From: Euprymna scolopes
Taxonomy: Eukaryota
Assembly: GCA_053919585.1 (NCBI GenBank)
Contig: CM132816.1
DNA: 64,000 nucleotides
Reading direction: 5' to 3' (one strand)
Shown here: positions 36,236 through 51,700 of the stretch, piece by piece
Layout: each line of letters starts with the position of its first letter
Numbering within the stretch: position 1 is the first letter of the stretch
Made by a program: the position numbers and the translations under genes
Notes under the pieces: model-generated
Seen by the model: only the letters and a program-made list of their open reading frames with translations
What the model was told of the DNA's origin: nothing
Database searches by the model: none

Positions 36236-39200
36236 CGTGGACTGTTCTCTGTGACTGCTTCAAACTATTTCCCTGACTGAACTGAATTCAAGTGTATATA
36301 TTAATTCTATGTGACGTCAACATGCGGCCCAAATATGCGCGTCCTGCTTGACTAACGTGGACTGTTCTCTGTGACTGCTTAAAACTATTTCCCTGACTGA
36401 ACTGAATTCAAGTGTATATATTAATTCTATGTGACGTCAACATGCGGCCCAAATATGCGCGTCCTGCTGGACTAACTTGGACTGTTCTCTGTGACTGCTT
36501 AAAACTATTTCCCTGACTGAACTGAATTCAAGTGTATATATTAATTCTATGTGACGTAAACATGCGGCCCAAATATGCGCGTCCTGCTGGACTAACGTGG
36601 ACTGTTCTCTGTGACTGCTTAAAACTATTTCCCTGACTGAACTGAATTCAAGTGTATATATTAATTATATGTGACGTCAACATGCGGCCCAAATATGCGC
36701 GTCCTGCTTGACTAACGTGGACTTTTCTCTGTGACTGCTTAAAACTATTTCCCTGACTGAACTGAATTCAAGTGTATATATTAATTCTATGTGACGTCAA
36801 CATGCGGCCCAAATAAGTCTGTACTGCTGGACTAACTTGGACTGTTCTCTGTGACTGCTTCAAACTATTTCCCTGACTGAACTGAATTCAAGTGTATATA
36901 TTAATTCTATGTGACGTCAACATGCGGCCCAAATAAGTCTGTACTGCTGGACTAACTTGGACTGTTCTCTGTGACTGCTTCAAACTATTTCCCTGACTGA
37001 ACTGAATTCAAGTGTATATATTAATTCTATGTGACGTCAACATGCGGCCCAAATATGCGCGTCCTGCTGGACTAACTTGGACTGTTCTCTGTGACTGCTT
37101 AAAACTATTTCCCTGACTGAACTGAATTCAAGTGTATATATTAATTCTATGTGACGTCAACATGCGGCCCAAATATGCGCGTCCTGCTGGACTAACGTGG
37201 ACTGTTCTCTGTGACTGCTTCAAACTATTTCCCTGACTGAACTGAATTCAAGTGTATATATTAATTATATGTGACGTCAACATGCGGCCCAAATATGCGC
37301 GTCCTGCTTGACTAACGTGGACTGTTCTCTGTGACTGCTTAAAACTATTTCCCTGACTGAACTGAATTCAAGTGTATATATTAATTCTATGTGACGTCAA
37401 CATGCGGCCCAAATAAGTCTGTACTGCTGGACTAACTTGGACTGTTCTCTGTGACTGCTTCAAACTATTTCCCTGACTGAACTGAATTCAAGTGTATATA
37501 TTAATTCTATGTGACGTCAACATGCGGCCCAAATAAGCGCGTCCTGCTGGACTAACTTGGACTGTTCTCTGTGACTGCTTCAAACTATTTCCCTGACTGA
37601 ACTGAATTCAAGTGTATATATTAATTCTATGTGACGTCAACATGCGGCCCAAATATGCGCGTCCTGCTGGACTAACGTGGACTGTTCTCTGTGAATGCTT
37701 AAAACTATTTCCCTGACTGAACTGAATTCAAGTGTATATATTAATTCTATGTGACGTCAACATGCGGCCCAAATATGCGCGTCCTGCTGGACTAACTTGG
37801 ACTGTTCTCTGTGACTGCTTAAAACTATTTCCCTGACTGAACTGAATTCAAGTGTATATATTAATTATATGTGACGTCAACATGCGGCCCAAATATGCGC
37901 GTCCTGCTGGACTAACTTGGACTGTTCTCTGTGACTGCTTCAAACTATTTCCCTGACTGAACTGAATTCAAGTGTATATATTAATTCTATGTGACGTCAA
38001 CATGCGGCCCAAATATGCGCGTCCTGCTGGACTAACTTGGACTGTTCTCTGTGACTGCTTAAAACTATTTCCCTGACTGAACTGAATTCAAGTGTATATA
38101 TTAATTCTATGTGACGTCAACATGCGGCCCAAATATGCGCGTCCTGCTGGACAAACTTGGACTGTTCTCTGTGACTGCTTAAAACTATTTCCCTGACTGA
38201 ACTGAATTCAAGTGTATATATTAATTATATGTGACGTCAACATGCGGCCCAAATAAGTCTGTACTGCTGGACTAACTTGGACTGTTCTCTGTGACTGCTT
38301 CAAACTATTTCCCTGACTGAACTGAATTCAAGTGTATATATTAATTCTATGTGACGTCAACATGCGGCCCAAATATGCGCGTCCTGCTGGACTAACTTGG
38401 ACTGTTCTCTGTGACTGCTTAAAACTATTTCCCTGACTGAACTGAATTCAAGTGTATATATTAATTCTATGTGACGTCAACATGCGGCCCAAATAAGTCT
38501 GTACTGCTGGACTAACTTGGACTGTTCTCTGTGACTGCTTCAAACTATTTCCCTGACTGAACTGAATTCAAGTGTATATATTAATTCTATGTGACGTCAA
38601 CATGCGGCCCAAATATGCGCGTCCTGCTGGACTAACTTGGACTGTTCTCTGTGACTGCTTAAAACTATTTCCCTGACTGAACTGAATTCAAGTGTATATA
38701 TTAATTCTATGTGACGTCAACATGCGGCCCAAATATGCGCGTCCTGCTGGACTAACTTGGACTGTTCTCTGTGACTGCTTCAAACTATTTCCCTGACTGA
38801 ACTGAATTCAAGTGTATATATTAATTCTATGTGACGTCAACATGCGGCCCAAATATGCGCGTCCTGCTGGACTAACTTGGACTGTTCTCTGTGACTGCTT
38901 CAAACTATTTCCCTGACTGAACTGAATTCAAGTGTATATATTAATTCTATGTGACGTCAACATGCGGCCCAAATATGCGCGTCCTGCTGGACTAACTTGG
39001 ACTGTTCTCTGTGACTGCTTAAAACTATTTCCCTGACTGAACTGAATTCAAGTGTATATATTAATTATATGTGACGTCAACATGCGGCCCAAATATGCGC
39101 GTCCTGCTGGACTAACGTGGACTGTTCTCTGTGACTGCTTAAAACTATTTCCCTGACTGAACTGAATTCAAGTGTATATATTAATTCTATGTGACGTCAA

Positions 39201-39780
39201 CATGCGGCCCAAATAAGTCTGTACTGCTGGACTAACTTGGACTGTTCTCTGTGACTGCTTAAAACTATTTCCCTGACTGAACTGAATTCAAGTGTATATA
39301 TTAATTCTATGTGACGTCAACATGCGGCCCAAATATGCGCGTCCTGCTGGACTAACTTGGACTGTTCTCTGTGACTGCTTCAAACTATTTCCCTGACTGA
39401 ACTGAATTCAAGTGTATATATTAATTCTATGTGACGTCAACATGCGGCCCAAATAAGTCTGTACTGCTGGACTAACTTGGACTGTTCTCTGTGACTGCTT
39501 CAAACTATTTCCCTGACTGAACTGAATTCAAGTGTATATATTAATTCTATGTGACGTCAACATGCGGCCAAAATATGCGCGTCCTGCTGGACTAACTTGG
39601 ACTGTTCTCTGTGACTGCTTCAAACTATTTCCCTGACTGAACTGAATTCAAGTGTATATATTAATTCTATGTGACGTCAACATGCGGCCCAAATATGCGC
39701 GTCCTGCTGGACTAACGTGGACTGTTCTCTGTGACTGCTTAAAACTATTTCCCTGACTGAACTGAATTCAAGTGTATATA
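36236..39780. repeat. Satellite domain A block recurring inside domain B
   Basis: Abrupt return of A alleles including the rare markers acttttct (36721) and gtgaatgc (37691). Confidence 0.85.
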
Positions 39781-42700
39781 TTAATTCTATGTGACGTCAA
39801 CATGCGGCCCAAATAAGCGCGTCCTGCTAGACTAACTTGGACTGTTCTCTGTGACTGCTTCAAACTATTTCCTTGACTGAACTGAATTCAAGTGTATATA
39901 TTAATTCTATGTGACGTCAACATGCGGCCCAAATAAGCGCGTCCTGCTAGACTAACTTGGACTGTTCTCTTTGACTGCTTCAAACTATTTCCCTGACTGA
40001 ACTGAATTCAAGTGTATATATTAATTCTATGTGACGTCAACATGCGGCCCAAACAAGTCTGTACTGCTGGACTAACTTGGACTGTTCTCTGTGACTGCTT
40101 CAAACTATTTCCCTGACTGAACTGAATTCAAGTGTATATATTAATTCTATGTGACGTCAACATGCGGCCCAAATAAGCGCGTCCTGCTGGACTAACTTGG
40201 ACTGTTCTCTCTGACTGCTTAAAACTATTTCCCTGACTGAACTGAATTCAAGTCTATATATTAATTCTATGTGAGGTCAACATGCGGCCCAAATAAGCGC
40301 GTCCTGCTAGACTAACTTGGACTGTTCTCTGTGACTGCTTCAAACTATTTCCCTGACTGAACTGAATTAAAGTGTATATATTAATTCTATGTGACGTCAA
40401 CATGCGGCCCAAATATGCGCGTCCTGCTAGACTAACTTGGACTGTTCTCTGTGACTGCTTAAAACTATTTCCCTGACTGAACTGAATTCAAGTCTATATA
40501 TTAATTCTATGTGACGTCAACATGCGGCCCAAATAAGCGCGTCCTGCTAGACTAACTTGGACTGTTCTCTGTGGGTGCTTCAAACTATTTCCTTGACTGA
40601 ACTGAATTCAAGTCTATATATTAATTCTATGTGACGTCAACATGCGGCCCAAATAAGCGCGTCCTGCTAGACTAACTTGGACTGTTCTCTGTGACTGCTT
40701 CAAACTATTTCCTTGACTGAACTGAATGCAAGTGTATATATTAAATCTCTGTGACGTCAACATGCGGCCCAAATAAGCGCGTCCTGCTAGACTAACTTGG
40801 ACTGTTCTCTGTGACTGCTTCAAACTATCTCCCAGACTTAACTGAATTCAAGTGTATATATTAATGCTATGTGACGTCAACATGCGGCCCAAATAAGCGC
40901 GTCCTGCTGGACTAACTTGGACTGTTCTCTGTGACTGCTTCAAACTATTTCCCTGACTGAACTGAATTCAAGTGTATATATTAATTCTATGTGACGTCAG
41001 CATGCGGCCCAAATAAGCGCGTCCTGCTAGACTAACTTGGACTGTTCTCTGTGGGTGCTTCAAACTATTTCCTTGACTTAACTGAATTCAAGTGTATATA
41101 TTAATTCTATGTGACGTCAACATGCGGCCCAAATAAGCGCGTCCTGCTAGACTAACTTGGACTGTTCTCTGTGACTGCTTAAAACTATTTCCCTGACTGA
41201 ACTGAATTCAAGTGTATATATTAATTCTATGTGACGTCAACATGCGGCCCAAATAAGCGCGTCCTGCTAGACTAACTTGGACTGTTCTCTGTGAGTGCTT
41301 CAAACTATTTCCTTGACTGAACTGAATTCAAGTGTATATATTAATTCTATGTGACGTCAACATGCGGCCCAAATAAGCGCGTCCTGCTAGACTAACTTGG
41401 ACTGTTCTCTGTGACTGCTTCAAACTATTTCCTTGACTGAACTGAATTCAAGTGTATATATTAATTCTATGTGACGTCAACATGCGGCCCAAATAAGCGC
41501 GTCCTGCTAGACTAACTTGGACTGTTCTCTGTGAGTGCTTCAAACTATTTCCTTGACTGAACTGAATTCAAGTGTATATATTAATTCTATGTGACGTCAG
41601 CATGCGGCCCAAATAAGCGCGTCCTGCTAGACTAACTTGGACTGTTCTCTGTGACTGCTTCAAACTATTTCCCTGACTGAACTGAATTCAAGTGTATATA
41701 TTAATTCTATGTGACGTCAGCATGCGGCCCAAATAAGCGCGTCCTGCTAGACTAACTTGGACTGTTCTCTGTGACTGCTTCAAACTATTTCCCTGACTGA
41801 ACTGAATTCAAGTGTATATATTAATTCTATGTGACGTCAGCATGCGGCCCAAATAAGCGCGTCCTGCTAGACTAACTTGGACTGTTCTCTTTGGGTGCTT
41901 CAAACTATTTCCTTGACTGAACTGAATTCAAGTGTATATATTAATTCTATGTGACGTCAACATGCGGCCCAAATAAGCGCGTCCTGCTAGACTAACTTGG
42001 ACTGTTCTCTGTGACTGCTTCAAACTATTTCCCTGACTGAACTGAATTCAAGTGTATATATTAATTCTATGTGACGTCAACATGCGGCCCAAATAAGCGC
42101 GTCCTGCTAGACTAACTTGGACTGTTCTCTGTGGGTGCTTCAAACTATTTCCTTGACTGAACTGAATTCAAGTGTATATATTAATTCTATGTGACGTCAG
42201 CATGCGGCCCAAATAAGCGCGTCCTGCTAGACTAACTTGGACTGTTCTCTGTGGGTGCTTCAAACTATTTCCCTGACTGAACTGAATTCAAGTGTATATA
42301 TTAATTCTATGTGACGTCAACATGCGGTCCAAATAAGCGCGTCCTGCTAGACTAACTTGGACTGTTCTCTGTGACTGCTTCAAACTATTTCCCTGACTGA
42401 ACTGAATTCAAGTGTATATATTAATTCTATGTGACGTCAGCATGCGGCCCAAATAAGCGCGTCCTGCTGGACTAACTTGGACTGTTCTCTGTGAGTGCTT
42501 CAAACTATTTCCCTGACTGAACTGAATTCAAGTGTATATATTAATTCTATGTGACGTCAGCATGCGGCCCAAATAAGCGCGTCCTGCTAGACTAACTTGG
42601 ACTGTTCTCTGTGACTGCTTCAAACTATTTCCCTGACTGAACTGAATTCAAGTGTATATATTAATTCTATGTGACGTCAGCATGCGGCCCAAATAAGCGC

Positions 42701-45700
42701 GTCCTGCTAGACTAACTTGGACTGTTCTCTGTGGGTGCTTCAAACTATTTCCTTGACTGAACTGAATTCAAGTGTATATATTAATTCTATGTGACGTCAA
42801 CATGCAGCCCAAATAAGCGCGTCCTGCTAGACTAACTTGGACTGTTCTCTGTGACTGCTTAAAACTATTTCCCTGACTGAACTGAATTCAAGTGTATATA
42901 TTAATTCTATGTGACGTCAACATGCGGCCCAAATAAGCGCGTCCTGCTAGACTAACTTGGACTGTTCTCTGTGGGTGCTTCAAACTATTTCCTTGACTGA
43001 ACTGAATTCAAGTGTATATATTAATTCTATGTGACGTCAGCATGCGGCCCAAATAAGCGCGTCCTGCTAGACTAACTTGGACAGTTCTCTGTGGGTGCTT
43101 CAAACTATTTCCCTGACTGAACTGAATTCAAGTGTATATATTAATTCTATGTGACGTCAACATGCGGCCCAAATATGCGCGTCCTGCTAGACTAACTTGG
43201 ACTGTTCTCTGTGACTGCTTAAAACTATTTCCCTGACTGAACTGAATTCAAGTCTATATATTAATTCTATGTGACGTCAACATGCGGCCCAAATAAGCGC
43301 GTCCTGCTAGACTAACTTGGACTGTTCTCTGTGGGTGCTTCAAACTATTTCCTTGACTAAACTGAATTCAAGTCTATATATTAATTCTATGTGACGTCAA
43401 CATGCGGCCCAAATAAGCGCGTCCTGCTAGACTAACTTGGACTGTTCTCTGTGAGTGCTTCAAACTATTTCCTTGACTGAACTGAATTCAAGTGTATATA
43501 TTAATTCTATGTGACGTCAACATGCGGCCCAAATAAGCGCGTCCTGCTAGACTAACTTGGACTGTTCTCTGTGACTGCTTCAAACTATTTCCCTGACTGA
43601 ACTGAATTCAAGTGTATATATTAATTCTATGTGACGTCAACATGCGGCCCAAATAAGCGCGTCCTGCTAGACTAACTTGGACTGTTCTCTGTGACTGCTT
43701 CAAACTATTTCCCTGACTGAACTGAATTCAAGTGTATATATTAATTCTATGTGACGTCAACATGCGGCCCAAATAAGCGCGTCCTGCTAGACTAACTTGG
43801 ACTGTTCTCTGTGACTGCTTCAAACTATTTCCTTGACTGAACTGAATGCAAGTGTATATATTAAATCTCTGTGACGTCAACATGCGGCCCAAATAAGCGC
43901 GTCCTGCTAGACTAACTTGGACTGTTCTCTGTGACTGCTTCAAACTATCTCCCAGACTGAACTGAATTCAAGTGTATATATTAATGCTATGTGACGTCAA
44001 CATGCGGCCCAAATATGCGCGTCCTGCTGGACTAACTTGGACTGTTCTCTGTGACTGCTTCAAACTATTTCCCTGACTGAACTGAATTCAAGTGTATATA
44101 TTAATTCTATGTGACGTCAGCATGCGGCCCAAATAAGCGCGTCCTGCTAGACTAACTTGGACTGTTATCTGTGGGTGCTTCAAACTATTTCCTTGACTGA
44201 ACTGAATTCAAGTGTATATATTAATTCTATGTGACGTCAACATGCGGCCCAAATAAGCGCGTCCTGCTAGACTAACTTGGACTGTTCTCTGTGACTGCTT
44301 CAAACTATTTTCCTGACTGAACTGAATTCAAGTGTATATATTAATTCTATGTGACGTCAACATGCGGCCCAAATAAGCGCGTCCTGCTAGACTAACTTGG
44401 ACTGTTCTCTGTGAGTGCTTCAAACTATTTCCTTGACTGAACTGAATTCAAGTGTATATATTAATTCTATGTGACGTCAACATGCGGCCCAAATATGCGC
44501 GTCCTGCTAGACTAACTTGGACTGTTCTCTGTGACTGCTTCAAACTATTTCCTTGACTGAACTGAATTCAAGTGTATATATTAATTCTATGTGACGTCAG
44601 CATGCGGCCCAAATAAGCGCGTCCTGCTAGACTGACTTGGACTGTTCTCTGTGACTGCTTCAAACTATTTCCCTGACTGAACTGAATTCAAGTGTATATA
44701 TTAATTCTATGTGACGTCAGCATGCGGCCCAAATAAGCGCGTCCTGCTAGACTAACTTGGACTGTTCTCTGTGACTGCTTCAAACTATTTCCCTGACTGA
44801 ACTGAATTCAAGTGTATATATTAATTCTATGTGACGTCAGCATGCGGCCCAAATAAGCGCGTCCTGCTAGACTAACTTGGACTGTTCTCTGTGGGTGCTT
44901 CAAACTATTTCCTTGACTGAACTGAATTCAAGTGTATATATTAATTCTATGTGACGTCAGCATGCGGCCCAAATAAGCGCGTCCTGCTAGACTCACTTGG
45001 ACTGTTCTCTGTGGGTGCTTCAAACTATTTCCCTGACTGAACTGAATTCAAGTGTATATATTAATTCTATGTGACGTCAACATGCGGCCCAAATAAGCGC
45101 GTCCTGCTAGACTAACTTGGACTGTTCTCTGTGGGTGCTTCAAACTATTTCCCTGACTGAACTGAATTCAAGTGTATATATTAATTCTATGTGACGTCAG
45201 CATGCGGCCCAAATAAGCGCGTCCTGCTGGACTAACTTGGACTGTTCTCTGTGAGTGCTTCAAACTATTTCCCTGACTGAACTGAATTCAAGTGTATATA
45301 TTAATTCTATGTGACGTCAGCATGCGGCCCAAATAAGCGCGTCCTGCTAGACTAACTTGGACTGTTCTCTGTGAGTGCTTCAAACTATTTCCTTGACTGA
45401 ACTGAATTCAAGTGTATATATTAATTCTATGTGACGTCAGCATGCGGCCCAAATAAGCGCGTCCTGCTAGACTAACTTGGACTGTTCTCTGTGGGTGCTT
45501 CAAACTATTTCCTTGACTGAACTGAATTCAAGTGTATATATTAATTCTATGTGACGTCAACATGCGGCCCAAATAAGCGCGTCCTGCTAGACTAACTTGG
45601 ACTGTTCTCTGTGACTGCTTCAAACTATTTCCCTGACTGAACTGAATTCAAGTGTATATATTAATTCTATGTGACGTCAACATGCGGCCCAAATAAGCGC

Positions 45701-48700
45701 GTCCTGCTAGACTAACTTGGACTGTTCTCTGTGACTGCTTCAAACTATTTCCCTTACTGAACTGAATTCAAGTGTATATATTAATTCTATGTGACGTCAA
45801 CATGCGGCCCAAATAAGCGCGTCCTGCTAGACTAACTTGGACTGTTCTCTGTGACTGCTTCAAACTATTTCCTTGACTGAACTGAATTCAAGTGTATATA
45901 TTAATTCTATGTGACGTCAACATGCGGCCCAAATAAGCGCGTCCTGCTAGACTAACTTGGACTGTTCTCTGTGACTGCTTCAAACTATTTCCTTGACTGA
46001 ACTGAATTCAAGTGTATATATTAATTCTATGTGACGTCAACATGCGGCCCAAATAAGCGCGTCCTGCTAGACTAACATGGACTGTTCTCGGTGAGTGCTT
46101 CAAACTATTTCCTTGACTGAACTGAATTCAAGTGTATATATTAATTCTATGTGACGTCAACATGCGGCCCAAATAAGCGCGTCCTGCTAGACTAACTTGG
46201 ACTGTTCTCTGTGACTGCTTCAAACTATTTCCTTGACTGAACTGAATTCAAGTGTATATATTAATTCTATGTGACGTCAACATGCGGCCCAAATAAGCGC
46301 GTCCTGCTAGACTAACTTGGACTGTTCTCTGTGACTGCTTCAAACTATTTCCCTGACTGAACTGCATTCAAGTGTATATATTAATTCTATGTGACGTCAA
46401 CATGCGGCCCAAATAAGCGCGTCCTGCTAGACTAACTTGGACTGTTCTCTGTGACTGCTTCAAACTATCTCCCAGACTGAACTGAATTCAAGTGTATATA
46501 TTAATTCTATGTGACGTCAACATGCGGCCCAAATAAGCGCGTCCTGCTAGACTAACTTGGACTGTTCTCTGTGACTGCTTCAAACTATTTCCCTGACTGA
46601 ACTGAATTCAAGTGTATATATTAATTCTATGTGACGTCAACATGCGGCCCAAATAAGCGCGTCCTGCTAGACTAACTTGGACTGTTCTCTGTGACTGCTT
46701 CAAACTATCTCCCAGACTGAACTGAATTCAAGTGTATATATTAATTCTATGTGACGTCAACATGCGGCCCAAATAAGCGCGTCCTGCTAGACTAACTTGG
46801 ACTGTTCTCTGTGACTGCTTCAAACTATTTCCCTGACTGAACTGAATTCAAGTGTATATATTAATTCTATGTGACGTCAACATGCGGCCCAAATAAGCGC
46901 GTCCTGCTAGACTAACTTGGACTGTTCTCTGTGACTGCTTCAAACTATCTCCCAGACTGAACTGAATTCAAGTGTATATATTAATTCTATGTGACGTCAA
47001 CATGCGGCCCAAATAAGCGCGTCCTGCTAGACTAACTTGGACTGTTCTCTGTGACTGCTTCAAACTATTTCCCTGACTGAACTGAATTCAAGTGTATATA
47101 TTAATTCTATGTGACGTCAACATGCGGCCCAAATAAGCGCGTCCTGCTAGACTAACTTGGACTGTTCTCTGTGACTGCTTCAAACTATCTCCCAGACTGA
47201 ACTGAATTCAAGTGTATATATTAATTCTATGTGACGTCAACATGCGGCCCAAATAAGCGCGTCCTGCTAGACTAACATGGACTGTTCTCTGTGACTGCTT
47301 CACACTATTTCCTTGACTGAACTGAATTCAAGTGTATATATTAATTCTATGTGACGTCAACATGCGGCCCAAATAAGCGCGTCCTGCTAGACTAACTTGG
47401 ACTGTTCTCTGTGACTGCTTCAAACTATTTCCTTGACTGAACTGAATTCAAGTCTATATATTAATTCTATGTGACGTCAACATGCGGCCCAAATAAGCGC
47501 GTCCTGCTAGACTAACTTGGACTGTTCTCTGTGGGTGCTTAAAACTATTTCCTTGACTGAACTGAATTCAAGTGTATATATTAATTCTATGTGACGTCAA
47601 CATGCGGCCCAAATAAGCGCGTCCTGCTAGACTAACTTGGACTGTTCTCTGTGACTGATACAAACTATTTCCCTGACTGAACTGAATTCAAGTGTATATA
47701 TTAATTCTATGTGACGTCAACATGCGGCCCAAATAAGCGCGTCCTGCTAGACTAACTTGGACTGTTTTCTGTGACGGCTTCAAACTATTTCCCTGACTGA
47801 ACTGAATTCAAGTGTATATATTAATTCTATGTGACGTCAACATGCGGCCCAAATAAGCGCGTCCTGCTAGACTAACTTGGACTGTTCTCTGTGACTGCTT
47901 CAAACTATTTCCTTGACTGAACTGAATTCAAGTGTATATATTAATTCTATGTGACGTCAACATGCGGCCCAAATAAGCGCGTCCTGCTAGACTAACTTGG
48001 ACTGTTCTCTGTGACTGCTTCAAACTATTTCCTTGACTGAACTGAATTCAAGTGTATATATTAATTCTATGTGACGTCAACATGCGGCCCAAATAAGCGC
48101 GTCCTGCTAGACTAACTTGGACTGTTCTCTGTGACTGCTTCAAACTATTTCCCTGACTGAACTGAATTCAAGTGTATATATTAATTCTATGTGACGTCAA
48201 CATGCGGCCCAAATAAGCGCGTCCTGCTAGACTAACTTGGACTGTTCTCTGTGACTGCTTCAAACTATTTCCTTGACTGAACTGATTTCAAGTGTATATA
48301 TTAATTCTATGTGACGTCAACATGCGGCCCAAATAAGCGCGTCCTGCTAGACTAACTTGGACTGTTCTCTGTGAGTGCTTCAAACTATTTCCTTGACTGA
48401 ACTGAATTCAAGTCTATATATTAATTCTATGTGACGTCAACATGCGGCCCAAATAAGCGCGTCCTGCTAGACTAACTTGGACTGTTCTCTGTGGGTGCTT
48501 CAAACTATTTCCTTGACTGAACTGAATTCAAGTGTATATATTAATTCTATGTGACGTCAACATGCGGCCCAAATATGCGCGTCCTGCTGGACTAACTTGG
48601 ACTGTTCTCTGTGACTGCTTCAAACTATTTCCTTGACTGAACTGAATTCAAGTGTATATATTAATTCTATGTGACGTCAACATGCGGCCCAAATAAGCGC

Positions 48701-51700
48701 GTCCTGCTAGACTAACTTGGACTGTTCTCTGTGGGTGCTTCAAACTATTTCCCTGACTGAACTGAATTCAAGTGTATATATTAATTCTATGTGACGTCAA
48801 CATGCGGCCCAAATAAGCGCGTCCTGCTAGACTAACTTGGACTGTTCTCTGTGAGTGCTTCAAACTATTTCCTTGACTGAACTGAATTCAAGTGTATATA
48901 TTAATTCTATGTGACGTCAACATGCGGCCCAAATAAGCGCGTCCTGCTAGACTAACTTGGACTGTTCTCTGTGAGTGCTTCAAACTATTTCCTTGACTGA
49001 ACTGAATTCAAGTCTATATATTAATTCTATGTGACGTCAACATGCGGCCCAAATAAGCGCGTCCTGCTGGACTAACTTGGACTGTTCTCTGTGACTGCTT
49101 CAAACTATTTCCTTGACTGAACTGAATTCAAGTGTATATATTAATTCTATGTGACGTCAACATGCGGCCCAAATAAGCGCGTCCTGCTAGACTAACTTGG
49201 ACTGTTCTCTGTGGGTGCTTCAAACTATTTCCCTGACTGAACTGAATTCAAGTGTATATATTAATTCTATGTGACGTCAACATGCGGCCCAAATAAGCGC
49301 GTCCTGCTAGACTAACTTGGACTGTTCTCTGTGAGTGCTTCAAACTATTTCCTTGACTGAACTGAATTCAAGTCTATATATTAATTCTATGTGACGTCAA
49401 CATGCGGCCCAAATAAGCGCGTCCTGCTGGACTAACTTGGACTGTTCTCTGTGACTGCTTCAAACTATTTCCTTGACTGAACTGAATTCAAGTGTATATA
49501 TTAATTCTATGTGACGTCAACATGCGGCCCAAATAAGCGCGTCCTGCTAGACTAACTTGGACTGTTCTCTGTGGGTGCTTCAAACTATTTCCCTGACTGA
49601 ACTGAATTCAAGTGTATATATTAATTCTATGTGACGTCAACATGCGGCCCAAATAAGCGCGTCCTGCTAGACTAACTTGGACTGTTCTCTGTGAGTGCTT
49701 CAAACTATTTCCTTGACTGAACTGAATTCAAGTGTATATATTAATTCTATGTGACGTCAACATGCGGCCCAAATAAGCGCGTCCTGCTAGACTAACTTGG
49801 ACTGTTCTCTGTGAGTGCTTCAAACTATTTCCTTGACTGAACTGAATTCAAGTCTATATATTAATTCTATGTGACGTCAACATGCGGCCCAAATAAGCGC
49901 GTCCTGCTGGACTAACTTGGACTGTTCTCTGTGACTGCTTCAAACTATTTCCTTGACTGAACTGAATTCAAGTGTATATATTAATTCTATGTGACGTCAA
50001 CATGCGGCCCAAATAAGCGCGTCCTGCTAGACTAACTTGGACTGTTCTCTGTGGGTGCTTCAAACTATTTCCCTGACTGAACTGAATTCAAGTGTATATA
50101 TTAATTCTATGTGACGTCAACATGCGGCCCAAATAAGCGCGTCCTGCTAGACTAACTTGGACTGTTCTCTGTGAGTGCTTCAAACTATTACCTTGACTGA
50201 ACTGAATTCAAGTCTATATATTAATTCTATGTGACGTCAACATGCGGCCCAAATAAGCGCGTCCTGCTGGACTAACTTGGACTGTTCTCTGTGACTGCTT
50301 CAAACTATTTCCTTGACTGAACTGAATTCAAGTGTATATATTAATTCTATGTGACGTCAACATGCGGCCCAAATAAGCGCGTCCTGCTAGACTAACTTGG
50401 ACTGTTCTCTGTGGGTGCTTCAAACTATTTCCCTGACTGAACTGAATTCAAGTGTATATATTAATTCTATGTGACGTCAACATGCGGCCCAAATAAGCGC
50501 GTCCTGCTAGACTAACTTGGACTGTTCTCTGTGAGTGCTTCAAACTATTTCCTTGACTGAACTGAATTCAAGTGTATATATTAATTCTATGTGACGTCAA
50601 CATGCGGCCCAAATAAGCGCGTCCTGCTAGACTAACTTGGACTGTTCTCTGTGAGTGCTTCAAACTATTTCCTTGACTGAACTGAATTCAAGTCTATATA
50701 TTAATTCTATGTGACGTCAACATGCGGCCCAAATAAGCGCGTCCTGCTAGACTAACTTGGACTGTTCTCTGTGGGTGCTTCAAACTATTTCCCTGACTGA
50801 ACTGAATTCAAGTGTATATATTAATTCTATGTGACGTCAACATGCGGCCCAAATAAGCGCGTCCTGCTAGACTAACTTGGACTGTTCTCTGTGGGTGCTT
50901 CAAACTATTTCCTTGACTGAACTGAATTCAAGTGTATATATTAATTCTATGTGACGTCAACATGCGGCCCAAATAAGCGCGTCCTGCTAGACTAACTTGG
51001 ACTGTTCTCTGTGGGTGCTTCAAACTATTTCCCTGACTGAACTGAATTCAAGTGTATATATTAATTCTATGTGACGTCAAAATGCGGCCCAAATAAGCGC
51101 GTCTTGCTAGACTAACTTGGACTGTTCTCTGTGAGTGCTTCAAACTATTTCCTTGACTGAACTGAATTCAAGTGTATATATTAATTCTATGTGACGTCAA
51201 CATGCGGCCCAAATAAGCGCGTCCTGCTAGACTAACTTGGACTGTTCTCTGTGGGTGCTTCAAACTATTTCCCTGACTGAACTGAATTCAAGTGTATATA
51301 TTAATTCTATGTGACGTCAACATGCGGCCCAAATAAGCGCGTCCTGCTAGACTAACTTGGACTGTTCTCTGTGAGTGCTTCAAACTATTTCCTTGACTGA
51401 ACTGAATTCAAGTGTATATATTAATTCTATGTGACGTCAACATGCGGCCCAAATAAGCGCGTCCTGCTAGACTAACTTGGACTGTTCTCTGTGAGTGCTT
51501 CAAACTATTTCCTTGACTGAACTGAATTCAAGTGTATATATTAATTCTATGTGACGTCAACATGTGGCCCAAATAAGCGCGTCCTGCTAGACTAACTTGG
51601 ACTGTTCTCTGTGGGTGCTTCAAACTATTTCCTTGACTGAACTGAATTCAAGTGTATATATTAATTCTATGTGACGTCAACATGCGGCCCAAATAAGCGC

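Noticed and set aside
21531-43943. Four ~70-aa minus-strand ORFs and a possible 40-aa repeat protein
   Set aside because: The frame has one TGA per monomer; the ORFs arise only where a rare point variant removes it. The 1-bp deletions break the frame, and there is no evidence for readthrough or selenocysteine.
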